64,000 nucleotides of DNA from Nitrosopumilus sp. (GTDB lineage Archaea; Thermoproteota; Nitrososphaeria; Nitrososphaerales; Nitrosopumilaceae). Shown here in pieces: positions 28,090 to 38,020 of the stretch. The notes below the pieces were generated by a model. It had not been told where the DNA came from, searched no databases, and saw only the letters and a program-made list of their open reading frames with translations. Made by a program: the position numbers and the translations under genes. Numbering within the stretch: position 1 is the stretch's first letter; every line of letters begins with the position of its first letter. The stretch spans positions 1,120,001 to 1,184,000 of the forward strand of contig OZ244651.1 of NCBI GenBank assembly GCA_965218695.1. Reading direction: 5' to 3'.

Positions 28090-29316
28090 TCCCAGCTGGT
28101 CAGCGTCTCGTCGCTGATAACCTACGATGTCTTCGGGACGTACCTGAGCCCGTCTGCCACCGGCCGGCAGCTTATCCGGGCCTCCAGGCTCACGATACTG
28201 GTGTTTGGGATAGGCATGGGAATACTGGCATCTACGCTCTTCCAGTTCGGAGTCAGCCTGCAGTACGTCTATCTGCTGATGGGCATACTGATCGGTTCTG
28301 CCGTGGCGCCAATCTCGTTTTCCATACTCTGGCACAAGACAAACAGGTATGCTGCAACATCGGCAGCAATAGTGGGCCTGGTCTGCGGGGTTGTGGCATG
28401 GATTACGTCTGCAAACCTTGCCTCCGGCGAGATCACAATTGCCTCCACCGGAAGCCTGATTCCGTTGCTTGTGGGAAACATAACTGCCATAGTTACCAGC
28501 CTTGCAATTACCGTCATCGGCAGCATGGCCATTCCGGAGTCGTTTGACTTTCGCATCCTCAAACAGAAGATCCTGCTGGTCGATGACAAGGTGCGCTCGA
28601 TGCTAAAGCACGACACAGACGAACAGGTGCTGGCAAGGGCATCCAAGTTCTACAAGCGGGTAGGCTTTGGGGTGACAATATTCCTTGTGATAGTGTGGCC
28701 GATGTCGTTTTATCTTACCGAGTACGTCTTTACCGTCGAGTCGTTTACCGACTGGATAGTCCTTGTGGCGGTGTGGGCATTTGCAGCAGCAGCCGCAGTC
28801 GTGATACTGCCGTTTGTCGAGGCCAGGCAGAGCATCAGGATAATCATCACAAAGGCTGCCGACTCTGACATACAACGGGAGCCGGAGCAGGATCCGCCTG
28901 ACGCAGAGCCGGTGATGAAGATCCTGGTGCCTGTCGACGGCTCCTCAAGATCCCTCAACGCACTGAACAACGCAAACTACCTGTTCCGGGGCGCCGCATC
29001 TGTCAAGATATACCTGCTTCACGTCATAGAGTGGTCCGACGATGGCGAAAGCATCGACGATGATCTCAGCACACAGATACAGGACGAGGGCCGCGTGGTT
29101 CTCAGGAGCATCGTGGTGCCCAAACAGATCAACGACTATACCCGGATGGTCAAGCTTGGTGATCCCCCCACAAGGATAGCCGAACTTGCCGACAAGCTCG
29201 GGGTGGACCTGATTGCCATGGGGAGAAAGGGGCTGGGAAACACGGACAAAGACTACGGCCATGTCACGACGAAGGTCCTCAAGCTCACCTCAAAGCCGGT
29301 CATGCTGCTCAACTAG
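28090..29316 (+). pseudogene. 5'-truncated DUR3-like sodium:solute (urea) symporter fused to a universal stress protein domain
   Basis: SQLVSVSSLITYDVFGTYLSPSATG and GSAVAPI symporter C-half motifs; KILVPVDGS...DLIAMGRKG...PVMLL USP domain; in-frame TAA at 28030 and no N-terminal half; adjacent to the urease cluster. Confidence 0.75.
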
Positions 29317-29421
29317 AATCGGCATTCAGGCGTCCTGGCCTGACGGCAGATATGCCTCTGGGAAGGATCGCATGGCGTGTGCATTCTCCGGCTCATCCAC
29401 CGGCAGCAGCAGCAGCATGGT

Positions 29422-30351
29422 TCAGTTCTTTCTCAGATCCGGAAACGGGGCTCCCCTGCACAACCTTCTGACATCTGCTGTAATCCCCAGAACCATATCT
29501 CTTACCTGTGATGCCCTACTCCCAAGTATCCTGACTAGCAGCCCTGCATCGTCCCTCATCCTGCTGACCCCGCCTTCATTTTCTGCATCCTGCGATATCC
29601 TGGAATGAATGATGCCCTCCAACTCCCGCACGTCACGTCTTGGGGCCAGTATGTAGACTGAGCCGACCGTGTCATGCTTCCCCATCACCCCGGGTGATTC
29701 CAGTCCCTGCACTGCCGGCTCCATGTTTGAGATGTCTAGAAACCTCCAGGCCCCCGACTGGTTCTGTGCAGCAGTCCTTAGATGGCACACGTCATACACG
29801 AAAGACTCCCCCATCGCAACCCTACCCGGCGCAAGCATCTCTGAGCAGACCAGTACTGCAGAGTCGTGCACGTTCAGGTCCACCCTCTGGTGGAACCTGG
29901 AGTTCCTGTACGGGATTATCTGATCCGGGACAAACTCCAGGTAGGCCCCACTCTCCAGCCTCATGTTGATCGTCTGTGCTGCCCAGTTGGCATTCATTCC
30001 GTATATTCTGGTGGCCCCCTGCGTTGTGATGTGCGCCATGGCATCCTTTCTCAGCGTAATGTCCATCCTGTGCCTGTCCCCCTGCAGGATGCCGCCTGAC
30101 GTGGACATGACGTACAGGTATGCCATGCCGGGACAGTGCAGGTCGTGGTACAGCGCCCTCTGCAGGTACATGGGGGGCTCTGAGAACTGTTCCCTGATGA
30201 CGGTCCTGTCCCCTGTGGCGTCGTCTTCAAGTATCACCCTGAGGTATCCGTTCCTTCCGGGCCCCACGATCCCGGGACGCCATGCCTCCGAGTCAAACTG
30301 CCTGATGCTGGCCGGAAGTACTGGTGGCGTGTAAAATTCCTGCCCCCTCAT
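29422..30351 (-). CDS. ureD: Urease accessory protein UreD
   Basis: SGGILQGD, TTQGATRIY, PGRVAMGESF. Confidence 0.93.
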   Translation of the reverse strand: MRGQEFYTPPVLPASIRQFDSEAWRPGIVGPGRNGYLRVILEDDATGDRTVIREQFSEPPMYLQRALYHDLHCPGMAYLYVMSTSGGILQGDRHRMDITLRKDAMAHITTQGATRIYGMNANWAAQTINMRLESGAYLEFVPDQIIPYRNSRFHQRVDLNVHDSAVLVCSEMLAPGRVAMGESFVYDVCHLRTAAQNQSGAWRFLDISNMEPAVQGLESPGVMGKHDTVGSVYILAPRRDVRELEGIIHSRISQDAENEGGVSRMRDDAGLLVRILGSRASQVRDMVLGITADVRRLCRGAPFPDLRKN

Positions 30352-30992
30352 GATGAAATCTTTGGTCCTGCGTCAAAGAGCACGTCGTGTATGATGTGCT
30401 CGGCCACGCTGCCGATTCCGTCGCCGGTCTTGCAGTTGACAAGCAGGGACGGCTTCTCCCCCCTGATGCGCCTGGCGTCATCCATCATGACATCCAGGCT
30501 GGCGCCTACCATGCCGGCCAGATCCGTCTTGTTGATTATCAAAAGATCGCAGCTGGTGATGCCAAGGCCGCCCTTCCTTGGATACTTGTCGCCGCCTGCA
30601 ACGTCTATGATGTACATGAAATAGTCTGCAAGGATGGGACTGAACGTGGTCGTTATGTTGTCCCCACCACTCTCTATGATGATCATGTCGATCTCGGGAT
30701 GCCTCTCCTCCATCTCCTCTATCACCGAGATGTTCATCGAGGGATCCTCCCTTATGGCAGTGTGCGGGCAGCCTCCTGTGGCCAGTCCTATGACAAGCTC
30801 CTCTGGCAGCAGCTCCTGCCTTGTTGCCAGGTTTGCCCTGATCCTGTCTGCATCCTCCTTGGATATGACATCATTGGAGATTATGCCTACCCTGTATCCG
30901 CGCCGTGCAAGCACCGGCACAACCATCTCTATTAACATGCTCTTGCCTGATCCTACCGGACCGCCTATTCCTATTCGGGGAACCCTGCCCAT
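30348..30992 (-). CDS. ureG: Urease accessory GTPase UreG
   Basis: GGPVGSGKS, TGGCPHTAIRED, ESGGDN, INKTD. Confidence 0.97.
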   Translation of the reverse strand: MGRVPRIGIGGPVGSGKSMLIEMVVPVLARRGYRVGIISNDVISKEDADRIRANLATRQELLPEELVIGLATGGCPHTAIREDPSMNISVIEEMEERHPEIDMIIIESGGDNITTTFSPILADYFMYIIDVAGGDKYPRKGGLGITSCDLLIINKTDLAGMVGASLDVMMDDARRIRGEKPSLLVNCKTGDGIGSVAEHIIHDVLFDAGPKISS

Positions 30993-31009
30993 TCAAGTAG
31001 ATCCAGACA

Positions 31010-31708
31010 TCATGTAATAAACATTTTAGCGTCTGTCTTCTCGTGCCGCATCTGGTTGATCTCGGTTTGTGGCGCAAACTGCCACACCTCTGAGACCGGC
31101 GCGTCTGCATACCTTCCTGCAGTCTCTGTGATTAGCGGCTTGAGCGAGTGGATGACCTCCTGGCCCTCGAGATGCTGGATCATTCCCAGGCGCAGCGAGG
31201 CACCCACATTTCCCGCTACAAAGCCGTACAGCAGCATGAGTACGGCCCTCTCCCCTCTGATTCCCAGGGCGTCACAGCACACCCCGAAGGAGACCGGATA
31301 CGTTCCGGTGAGCCTTCCCCCATTGATCTCTTCATTCCACCAATCCAGTATCTCCCCGTCTGCAAACCCGCCGACGCACCTTGCAAGCTGGTTGCCGGAT
31401 CTGGCAGAGGCCTCCCTGGTCTCCCTTATCATCCTGACAGACCCTGATATCTCATCGAGCTCCCTTATCCTGTCCCGGTCAGATGCCCCGGCAGCCTCGC
31501 ACGCGTTTGCAAGTATTACGCACTCGCACGGGCCCACCTGCTGCCTTATGCATGTCCTGTTGAACTCTGCAAGATCTTCTGCAGTGGTCACTGCCCCATC
31601 CAGAAACAGGCTCTCCAGCCCGTTTGAGGCTGCAAAGAGGCCAGTCGGGAACATAGAGTCTGTGATCTGCATCATGTCCAGCTCTGCTGCATGGTTATTC
31701 GTGTCCAT
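31010..31708 (-). CDS. ureF: Urease accessory protein UreF
   Basis: DSMFPTG..A.SNGLE and C-terminal HE...KMFIT; ATG at 31708. Confidence 0.92.
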   Translation of the reverse strand: MDTNNHAAELDMMQITDSMFPTGLFAASNGLESLFLDGAVTTAEDLAEFNRTCIRQQVGPCECVILANACEAAGASDRDRIRELDEISGSVRMIRETREASARSGNQLARCVGGFADGEILDWWNEEINGGRLTGTYPVSFGVCCDALGIRGERAVLMLLYGFVAGNVGASLRLGMIQHLEGQEVIHSLKPLITETAGRYADAPVSEVWQFAPQTEINQMRHEKTDAKMFIT

Positions 31709-32180
31709 GGACGTCGGCTCCTGCATGCGGGATGAACACAATCTCCTCCTGCGACATTGTGATGTGGTCTGCCATGTCTGCAAAGATCTTCTGAAATGTC
31801 TCGAGTTCGGAATCTGCCTGGATGGGAAACGATATGGTGTCCCCTGATACGGCCACCGGCCTGTGCATGTTTCCTATCCTGTGTCCTATGAGCACGGCGG
31901 TACCTGCCTGCACGTCTCTGGCAGTTATGGAGATCACCTTCTCGGGCATCTGCTGGATCAGTATGGATCTGCCGCCGGCCTCGAAGATGTCCCCGTGGTG
32001 CAGGGAACGGCCGGCCTCAAGGGAGAGCCCCACGTCGGTTCCCCTGTCGGTGTTCCTTCGGAGCCTGCCCCTTCCCATCTCGTGCCTTGAGACCATGAGG
32101 CGCTCAAACCCTTCGGTATCAACTGACCTGTACGATTCGTCTTCAAGTATGTTTCCTAGTATGGATGTGACGACCTGCAC
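31695..32180 (-). CDS. ureE: Urease accessory nickel chaperone UreE
   Basis: LHHGD, GHRIGNMH, C-terminal HGHE; likely GTG start at 32180 (ATG 32216 alternative). Confidence 0.9.
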   Translation of the reverse strand: MQVVTSILGNILEDESYRSVDTEGFERLMVSRHEMGRGRLRRNTDRGTDVGLSLEAGRSLHHGDIFEAGGRSILIQQMPEKVISITARDVQAGTAVLIGHRIGNMHRPVAVSGDTISFPIQADSELETFQKIFADMADHITMSQEEIVFIPHAGADVHGHE

Positions 32181-32297
32181 CGTAACGGTATGATACCAGT
32201 CCGGGTTATATTCCATTGCGGGTTGGCTGGGTGTGTCCTAGAGAGATATACTCTAGGATGACAAAAGATATGGATCGGCAGATCACGGCATCGCCTA

Positions 32298-33260
32298 ATG
32301 ACTACAAAGAAACGCGACCAACGACAGTACGATCTGGTTCAGCAGTACATGCCGGGCCTCATGCTGAATACCGTGCTGGGGATAATCAAAGAGCTTGGGG
32401 ATCCGTACGCCGTCTGGCCCGGCTTGGGCGGCATGACGGCATACCCGCCTGGCGCCATGGCAGCTGTCTGCATCATGCTTGAGGCACAGCGCACGACCTA
32501 CCGCAAGATGGTCGGCATTCTCCGAAGTAACGGCGTCATGGCAGCCAGGATGGGCCTGGACAGAATTCCCTCCAAGAGCACGATAGCACGCGCCTACGGC
32601 CTGATCCCGGAATGGTATCTGGCAGAGACACACCGGATTGCCATCAGGGAGGTGGGGACAGGCTCCTTGGCAGCAGACAGTACCGGGTACTCGTACCTGC
32701 GGTTTGTCAGGTGGTTTAACGTCCGGACCGACAGTTTTCGTACCAGAAAGGGATGGGTCAAGCTGCACGCAATCGTGGACATACGCACCAGGGTGATAAT
32801 CGACTGCATGGCAACTGACAGCGCGGTGGCAGACATAAACGGGCTGTACGCGATGCTCGGCAGGCTCGGCCTAGGCACCGGTGACTTTTGCCTGGATTCT
32901 GCATACCTAGCAAGGCTCATGTGCAACATGATATCTGCGATGGGAATGGTGCCCCGCATCAAGCCAAAATCCAACACCATACGCAACGCCAGGGGAAGTC
33001 AGTCGTGGCGCGAAATGGTAAGCCTGTACATGGATGACAAGGACAGGTTTGACTCGGAATACCACCAGCGCAGCATCATCGAGGCAGTCTTTGCAGCCCT
33101 CAAGAAGATGTACGGGGACAGCACCAGGTGCCGAAAACACGAGAACCGGACAAGGGAGACTGCGATCCGTGTCATGTGCTACAACGTCGAGCTCGTGGCC
33201 AGATTCCTGGCAAAAGACGGCAGGCTCACACAGGATCAAATCGCGACACTTGCAGCGTAA
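32298..33260 (+). CDS. IS5-family transposase, element A copy 2
   Basis: Near-identical to 5787-6749. Confidence 0.92.
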   Translation: MTTKKRDQRQYDLVQQYMPGLMLNTVLGIIKELGDPYAVWPGLGGMTAYPPGAMAAVCIMLEAQRTTYRKMVGILRSNGVMAARMGLDRIPSKSTIARAYGLIPEWYLAETHRIAIREVGTGSLAADSTGYSYLRFVRWFNVRTDSFRTRKGWVKLHAIVDIRTRVIIDCMATDSAVADINGLYAMLGRLGLGTGDFCLDSAYLARLMCNMISAMGMVPRIKPKSNTIRNARGSQSWREMVSLYMDDKDRFDSEYHQRSIIEAVFAALKKMYGDSTRCRKHENRTRETAIRVMCYNVELVARFLAKDGRLTQDQIATLAA

Positions 33261-33351
33261 CCGGTGCGTCTTGACACGCGCCTCCTAGCGGAGCCTCCGC
33301 ACAGTGTCTTGGATTTGGGGGATTTTATGGGTTGTGGAGGATTCATGATGC

Positions 33352-34783
33352 TGTATAGTCCCGAAAGTTGTTCACCCCCCACATGAGGCTCCGGCCCGGG
33401 GTGGACATGCCCAATGAAGGACATTATCCGCGGCATGGCATCGCGTGCAAGATTACTGGGAAATGCAGTCAGCCTGTCCCTTACCAGAAACGACGGTGTG
33501 TGGGTTTCCCGTCGGTGGAGACGCTCGGCCGTGTGGCGTCATATAGGAAGACGGAGAGTGCGAGTGATGAAAAAGCTTGACCAGTCCAAAGTCGAATGGA
33601 TCATACAAGAAAAGCGCAAGAATTCCCGCAACAAAGAGATTGCAGCAAGCATGGGAGTGTCGGTCCGCTGGGTCCAAAAGCTGTGGAAGAGGTACAGGGA
33701 CAAGGATCGGATCGCGTATCCTGCTCCCATGGGCAGGCCCAAAAAGTGCGCGCCCGGGAGGCGGGATCATTCGGCGGTTTTATCGGCTGCGTCCACTGCA
33801 GTCCACGGGGCAGCGTCCCTGGAGCGCATCATAAAGTCGCTTACAGGAATACATATCCCACACAACGTCCTGCACAGGATATTGAAGGATGCCGATTTTG
33901 CAGACACCCAGCCAAGGAAGAGCCAGCGCCGCAAGTGGATCCGCTACGAGCGCGAGCACTCCAACTCGATGTGGCACACAGACTACAAACAGCTTGACGA
34001 CGGCAGGTGGTTCCTGTGCTATGAAGACGACGCCTCGCGCTTCGTGACCGGATTTGGGGTATTTGAGGAGGCGACAACCGAAAACGCCCTGAAGGTGCTC
34101 GACGAGGCCATAAAAAATTACGGCAAGCCCGCATCGATCCTGACTGACCGCGGCGCCCAGTTCTATGCCACGGAATCCGAGGTCAAGAAGAAGGGAGCCT
34201 CCAGGTTCGAGCAGAGGCTAGTCGAGCTTGGAATCAGGCACATACTGGCGCGCGTGCGGCACCCCCAAACCAACGGCAAGCTGGAGCGCCTGCACGGGGA
34301 GATGCAGCGCAAGCTGCGCCGGTTCGAGGCGGCATCTTCTGCCAAGACCAGGCGCGGCGCCTCAGGGGATTCCCACGTTGGAGGGCCGTTTTGCACCGCG
34401 CCAGCAAAGGATCCCGTGGAGCGGTTCATGGAGTGGTACAACCACGACCGGCCGCACATGTCCCTTGACTGGGACAACCTCGAGACCCCGGCGCAGGCAT
34501 TCGAAAGAAAGATGCCCCCTGCAGGAGAGATGGTAGTGGACGGCCAGACCGGTGAGGAATACCGCGCAGAATAGCTGTCCGGCACGACGTCACAACCGCG
34601 CCCCATCCTGGGGGATGTTGCGCACAATTTTTTGAAAGTCGCCATGCGTGGAGTGGAAATGACAAAAATTCATGATTCCGGACGCAGGATCCAACACAAG
34701 ACAATTATGCAACAGCCGGCAACATCAAACATGGAAGTACCTCCAAGTCTTGGAGGGGGGCGAACTACTTTCGGGATCCCACA
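33352..34783 (+). mobile_element. IS481-family element, copy 2 (diverged relative of copy 1), nested
   Basis: TGT...ACA ends; 15-bp TSD GAGGATTCATGATGC (33337-33351, 34784-34798). Confidence 0.92.
33414..34574 (+). CDS. IS481-family transposase
   Basis: Same motifs as 23770-24930, with canonical HPQTNGKLERLH. Confidence 0.9.
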   Translation: MKDIIRGMASRARLLGNAVSLSLTRNDGVWVSRRWRRSAVWRHIGRRRVRVMKKLDQSKVEWIIQEKRKNSRNKEIAASMGVSVRWVQKLWKRYRDKDRIAYPAPMGRPKKCAPGRRDHSAVLSAASTAVHGAASLERIIKSLTGIHIPHNVLHRILKDADFADTQPRKSQRRKWIRYEREHSNSMWHTDYKQLDDGRWFLCYEDDASRFVTGFGVFEEATTENALKVLDEAIKNYGKPASILTDRGAQFYATESEVKKKGASRFEQRLVELGIRHILARVRHPQTNGKLERLHGEMQRKLRRFEAASSAKTRRGASGDSHVGGPFCTAPAKDPVERFMEWYNHDRPHMSLDWDNLETPAQAFERKMPPAGEMVVDGQTGEEYRAE

Positions 34784-34892
34784 GAGGATTCATGATGCGG
34801 CACTGTTGGTGTCGACGGGTTCTGGCACCAATCATGTCTTTGGCATCTTGGCACATGAAATGGCATTTTTTATTACTAGGACACACCCGGGT

Positions 34893-35331
34893 GTATGAGT
34901 TCACCTGCCCCTTATATCAGTCGACCAACTTCTTCGGCCACGCTCTTGCCATGTGCCCTCCACGTGAGGACGCATGTAACAAAATCTGCAAGACGCTTCA
35001 TGGACTTGGGCCCACCCTTGGTCTGCCCGCTTATCTTGCGGAACACCACCAGATAGCGCAGTGCCCTCTCGCTGGCGTTGTTTGTAGGGTCGACACCTGG
35101 ATGCTCCAGGAACGCAAACATGCGGTGCAGGTGCCTCTCAAGCTTGTCCAGCACCTTTTGCATGTCGTCATCGTTACCACCACCTGCATCGCGATACCGG
35201 TCAAGCATGTCCTGCATGGTGCGGTTCATCGCATGCCGCAGCTGCGGCGAGCGCGCCTCCTGCGCGGCCAGCAGTTTTGCCCTCTCAAACACCCACTTGT
35301 GGTCCTCGTGGAGCTGCCGCCGCCGCCGGAC
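34893..35331 (-). mobile_element. Right-end fragment of IS66-family element B
   Basis: Begins GTATGAGTTCACCTGCCCC and matches the 3' end of 49376-50920; the rest is missing. Confidence 0.9.
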
Positions 35332-35371
35332 TGGCTTAATTATTAAATACGTTCGGTTTATAGCTGGTTCA

Positions 35372-35674
35372 ATGATGCTTACTCCACGAGAGATGGACAA
35401 GCTGCACATCTTTCTGGCCGCACAGCTTGCACAGAGGAGGAAAGACAGAGGACTCAAGCTAAACCATCCGGAGGCAGTTGCGCTAATCACCGATTATATC
35501 CTAGAGGGCGCGCGCGACGGCAGGTCGGTACCCGAGCTGATGAGCTCCGGAAGGGGCGTCCTGTCAAAAGACGACGTACTGCCCGGAGTTGCTGATCTTA
35601 TCCACTCCATACAGGTAGAGACCACATTTGAGGACGGGACGAAGCTGGTAACGGTGCACGACCCGATAGTGTGA
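35372..35674 (+). CDS. ureA: Urease gamma subunit
   Basis: [31 protein letters not shown]. Confidence 0.97.
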   Translation: MMLTPREMDKLHIFLAAQLAQRRKDRGLKLNHPEAVALITDYILEGARDGRSVPELMSSGRGVLSKDDVLPGVADLIHSIQVETTFEDGTKLVTVHDPIV

Positions 35675-36051
35675 TGGCGTCCATGAAGCCTGGCCAATAC
35701 ATGATATCTGACGGGACCATCTGCGCAAACGACGGAAAGGCCACCGTGTCAGTCCGCGTGACCAATACCGGAGACAGGCCCGTCCAGGTGGGCTCGCATA
35801 CGCACTTTTTTGAGACCAACAAGGCGCTGTCGTTTCAGCGCAGCGCAGCCTACGGATTCCACCTCAACATTCCTGCCGGAACCTCGATAAGGTTCGAGCC
35901 CGGCGACTCACGTGACGTGGAGCTTACCGAGTATGGCGGGAACAGGATAGTCTTTGGGTTCAGCGGACTTGTCAACGGTCCTCTGGATGCCATGAGGGAC
36001 GAGGCAATGGCTAGGGCCCGCAAGAAGGGATTCAAGGGGGCAGATGCATGA
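35671..36051 (+). CDS. ureB: Urease beta subunit
   Basis: [29 protein letters not shown]. Confidence 0.97.
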   Translation: MMASMKPGQYMISDGTICANDGKATVSVRVTNTGDRPVQVGSHTHFFETNKALSFQRSAAYGFHLNIPAGTSIRFEPGDSRDVELTEYGGNRIVFGFSGLVNGPLDAMRDEAMARARKKGFKGADA

Positions 36052-37760
36052 CGCTGATAATTCCAAGAAACAGGTACGCAGAGCTCTTCGGTCCGACCAC
36101 CGGAGACAGGATCCGCCTTGCAGACACCGATCTTATCATAGAGATCGAACGGGATCTTATCAGGTATGGCGATGAGACCGTCTTTGGGGGCGGAAAGAGT
36201 GCCCGGGACGGACTCGCGCAGGCAAGCGGCGTCACACGGGACAACTCCCTTGATCTTGTAATTACCAACGCGATGATTATGGATCCCATCCTGGGCATAA
36301 TCAAGGGCGACATCGGGATAAAGGACGGCGTGATTGTAGGAATAGGCAACGCCGGAAACCCCAACATAATGGATGGGGTGGACATGGTAGTATCTTCGAA
36401 TACCGAGGTTATAGCAGGGGAGCACACGATCTGCACCCCCGGCACCATAGATTCGCACATCCACTTCATCTCGCCCCAGCAGGCAATCGATGCCATATGC
36501 AACGGCACGACCACCATGATCGGCGGCGGTACGGGACCTGCAGACGGAACCAACGCCACCACGTGCACTCCGGGGGCATGGAACATTCACCGGATGATGG
36601 AGGCAGTCGAGGAGTTTCCGCTGAACTTTGGGTTCCTGTGCAAGGGCAACGACTCCCAGGAGGCTGCCCTGATCGAACAGGTCGAGGCAGGCGCGTGCGG
36701 CCTCAAGCTTCACGAGGACTGGGGAACGACTCCTGCCACGATCGATTCTGCGCTGAGGGTGGCAGACAAGACTGACACCCAGGTTGCAATTCACACCGAC
36801 ACGCTCAACGAGTGCGGCTTTGTAGATGACACCATAGAGGCAATAGCAGGCAGAACCATCCACACGTATCATACCGAGGGTGCGGGGGGAGGGCACGCGC
36901 CTGACATCATGAGGATTGCAGGCGAGGCAAACGTCCTTCCGTCGTCAACCAACCCCACAAGGCCGTTTACGGTCAACACGCTTGCAGAACACCTGGACAT
37001 GATGATGGTGTGCCACCACCTCAACTCGTCGGTTCCAGAGGACGTCTCCTTTGCAGAGTCAAGAATCCGGGGGGAGACCATTGCCGCAGAAGACATCCTG
37101 CACGACATAGGCGCCCTAAGCATGATGTCCTCTGACAGCCAGGCGATGGGGCGCGTAGGCGAGGTCACCACACGGAACTGGCAGACTGCCGACAAGATGA
37201 AGAAGATGACCGGGCGCCTTCCTGGGGAGACAGGCGACAACGACAACCTGCGCGTCAAACGGTACCTGGCCAAGATCACGATAAACCCTGCCATCACACA
37301 CGGGATATCCGGGCATGTGGGATCCCTGCAGCCTGGACGGCTGGCAGACATCGTGGTGTGGACCCCGCAGTTCTTTGGAATAAAGCCCAAGATGATAATC
37401 AAGGGCGGATTCATAGCGTACTCGCTTATGGGTGATCCAAACGCGTCCATACCCACCACGGAGCCTGTCTACTACCGGCCAATGTTTGGCGCGCTTGGCA
37501 GCGCAAAACACTCCACATCCGTGACGTTTACATCCGGTCTTGCACTTGAAAAGGGGCTTGAATCCAAGATAAACGTCAAAAAGAGACTCGTTCCGGTGCG
37601 GAACTGCCGTACCATAGGAAAGAGGGACATGGTCCACAACGACCTGACTCCGAACATTGAGATCAACCCCGAGACATACGAAGTCAAGGTGGATGGAAAG
37701 ACTGCTACAGTCAACCCGTCTGAGAAACTGTCCCTGTCCAGACTGTACATGCTCTACTGA
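36048..37760 (+). CDS. ureC: Urease alpha subunit
   Basis: [46 protein letters not shown]. Confidence 0.98.
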   Translation: MTLIIPRNRYAELFGPTTGDRIRLADTDLIIEIERDLIRYGDETVFGGGKSARDGLAQASGVTRDNSLDLVITNAMIMDPILGIIKGDIGIKDGVIVGIGNAGNPNIMDGVDMVVSSNTEVIAGEHTICTPGTIDSHIHFISPQQAIDAICNGTTTMIGGGTGPADGTNATTCTPGAWNIHRMMEAVEEFPLNFGFLCKGNDSQEAALIEQVEAGACGLKLHEDWGTTPATIDSALRVADKTDTQVAIHTDTLNECGFVDDTIEAIAGRTIHTYHTEGAGGGHAPDIMRIAGEANVLPSSTNPTRPFTVNTLAEHLDMMMVCHHLNSSVPEDVSFAESRIRGETIAAEDILHDIGALSMMSSDSQAMGRVGEVTTRNWQTADKMKKMTGRLPGETGDNDNLRVKRYLAKITINPAITHGISGHVGSLQPGRLADIVVWTPQFFGIKPKMIIKGGFIAYSLMGDPNASIPTTEPVYYRPMFGALGSAKHSTSVTFTSGLALEKGLESKINVKKRLVPVRNCRTIGKRDMVHNDLTPNIEINPETYEVKVDGKTATVNPSEKLSLSRLYMLY

Positions 37761-38020
37761 GATTGTCGTGAGCCACGTTTTCCGGAATCATGTGATCCTT
37801 CAAGCGGCCCTGGCTGGATGAAGATCCAGTCCATGCCTGTCATGGTGTTCAGAAAAGTCCGCGATGTCGCAAGGGACACCGCACCTGCAATGCATGCTTT
37901 AGCATGCCTCCCCCACACCCTAGCATGCCGCAGTCTGGAATGCCCCGCAGTATGACCCCCGAAACGGTTCCTGGAACCATCACAATCATTTTAACTTGAT
38001 GCAGCGCCTATGGGTATGAT

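Larger units (their letters stand above)
32229..34888 (+). mobile_element. IS5-family element A, copy 2, carrying a nested IS481 in its 3' tail
   Basis: TIR GGGTGTGTCCTAG at both ends; left TSD GGGTTGGCT (32220-32228); right TSD split into GGGT (34889-34892) and TGGCT (35332-35336). Confidence 0.92.

Noticed and set aside
33337-33351. Variable IS5 tail segment as a proven target guide (shares ATTCATGA with the copy 1 target)
   Set aside because: An 8-nt match can be chance; copies 1 and 3 share one segment yet have unrelated targets, and copy 2 does not match its own flank
35078-35371. 98-aa N-terminal extension of UreA in the ORF track
   Set aside because: It is the antisense frame of the IS66-B fragment; UreA starts at 35372 after its own TATA-like box
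35850-36896. Long antisense ORFs over ureC, nuo genes and transposases
   Set aside because: Shadow frames of GC-rich coding sequence with no recognisable motifs
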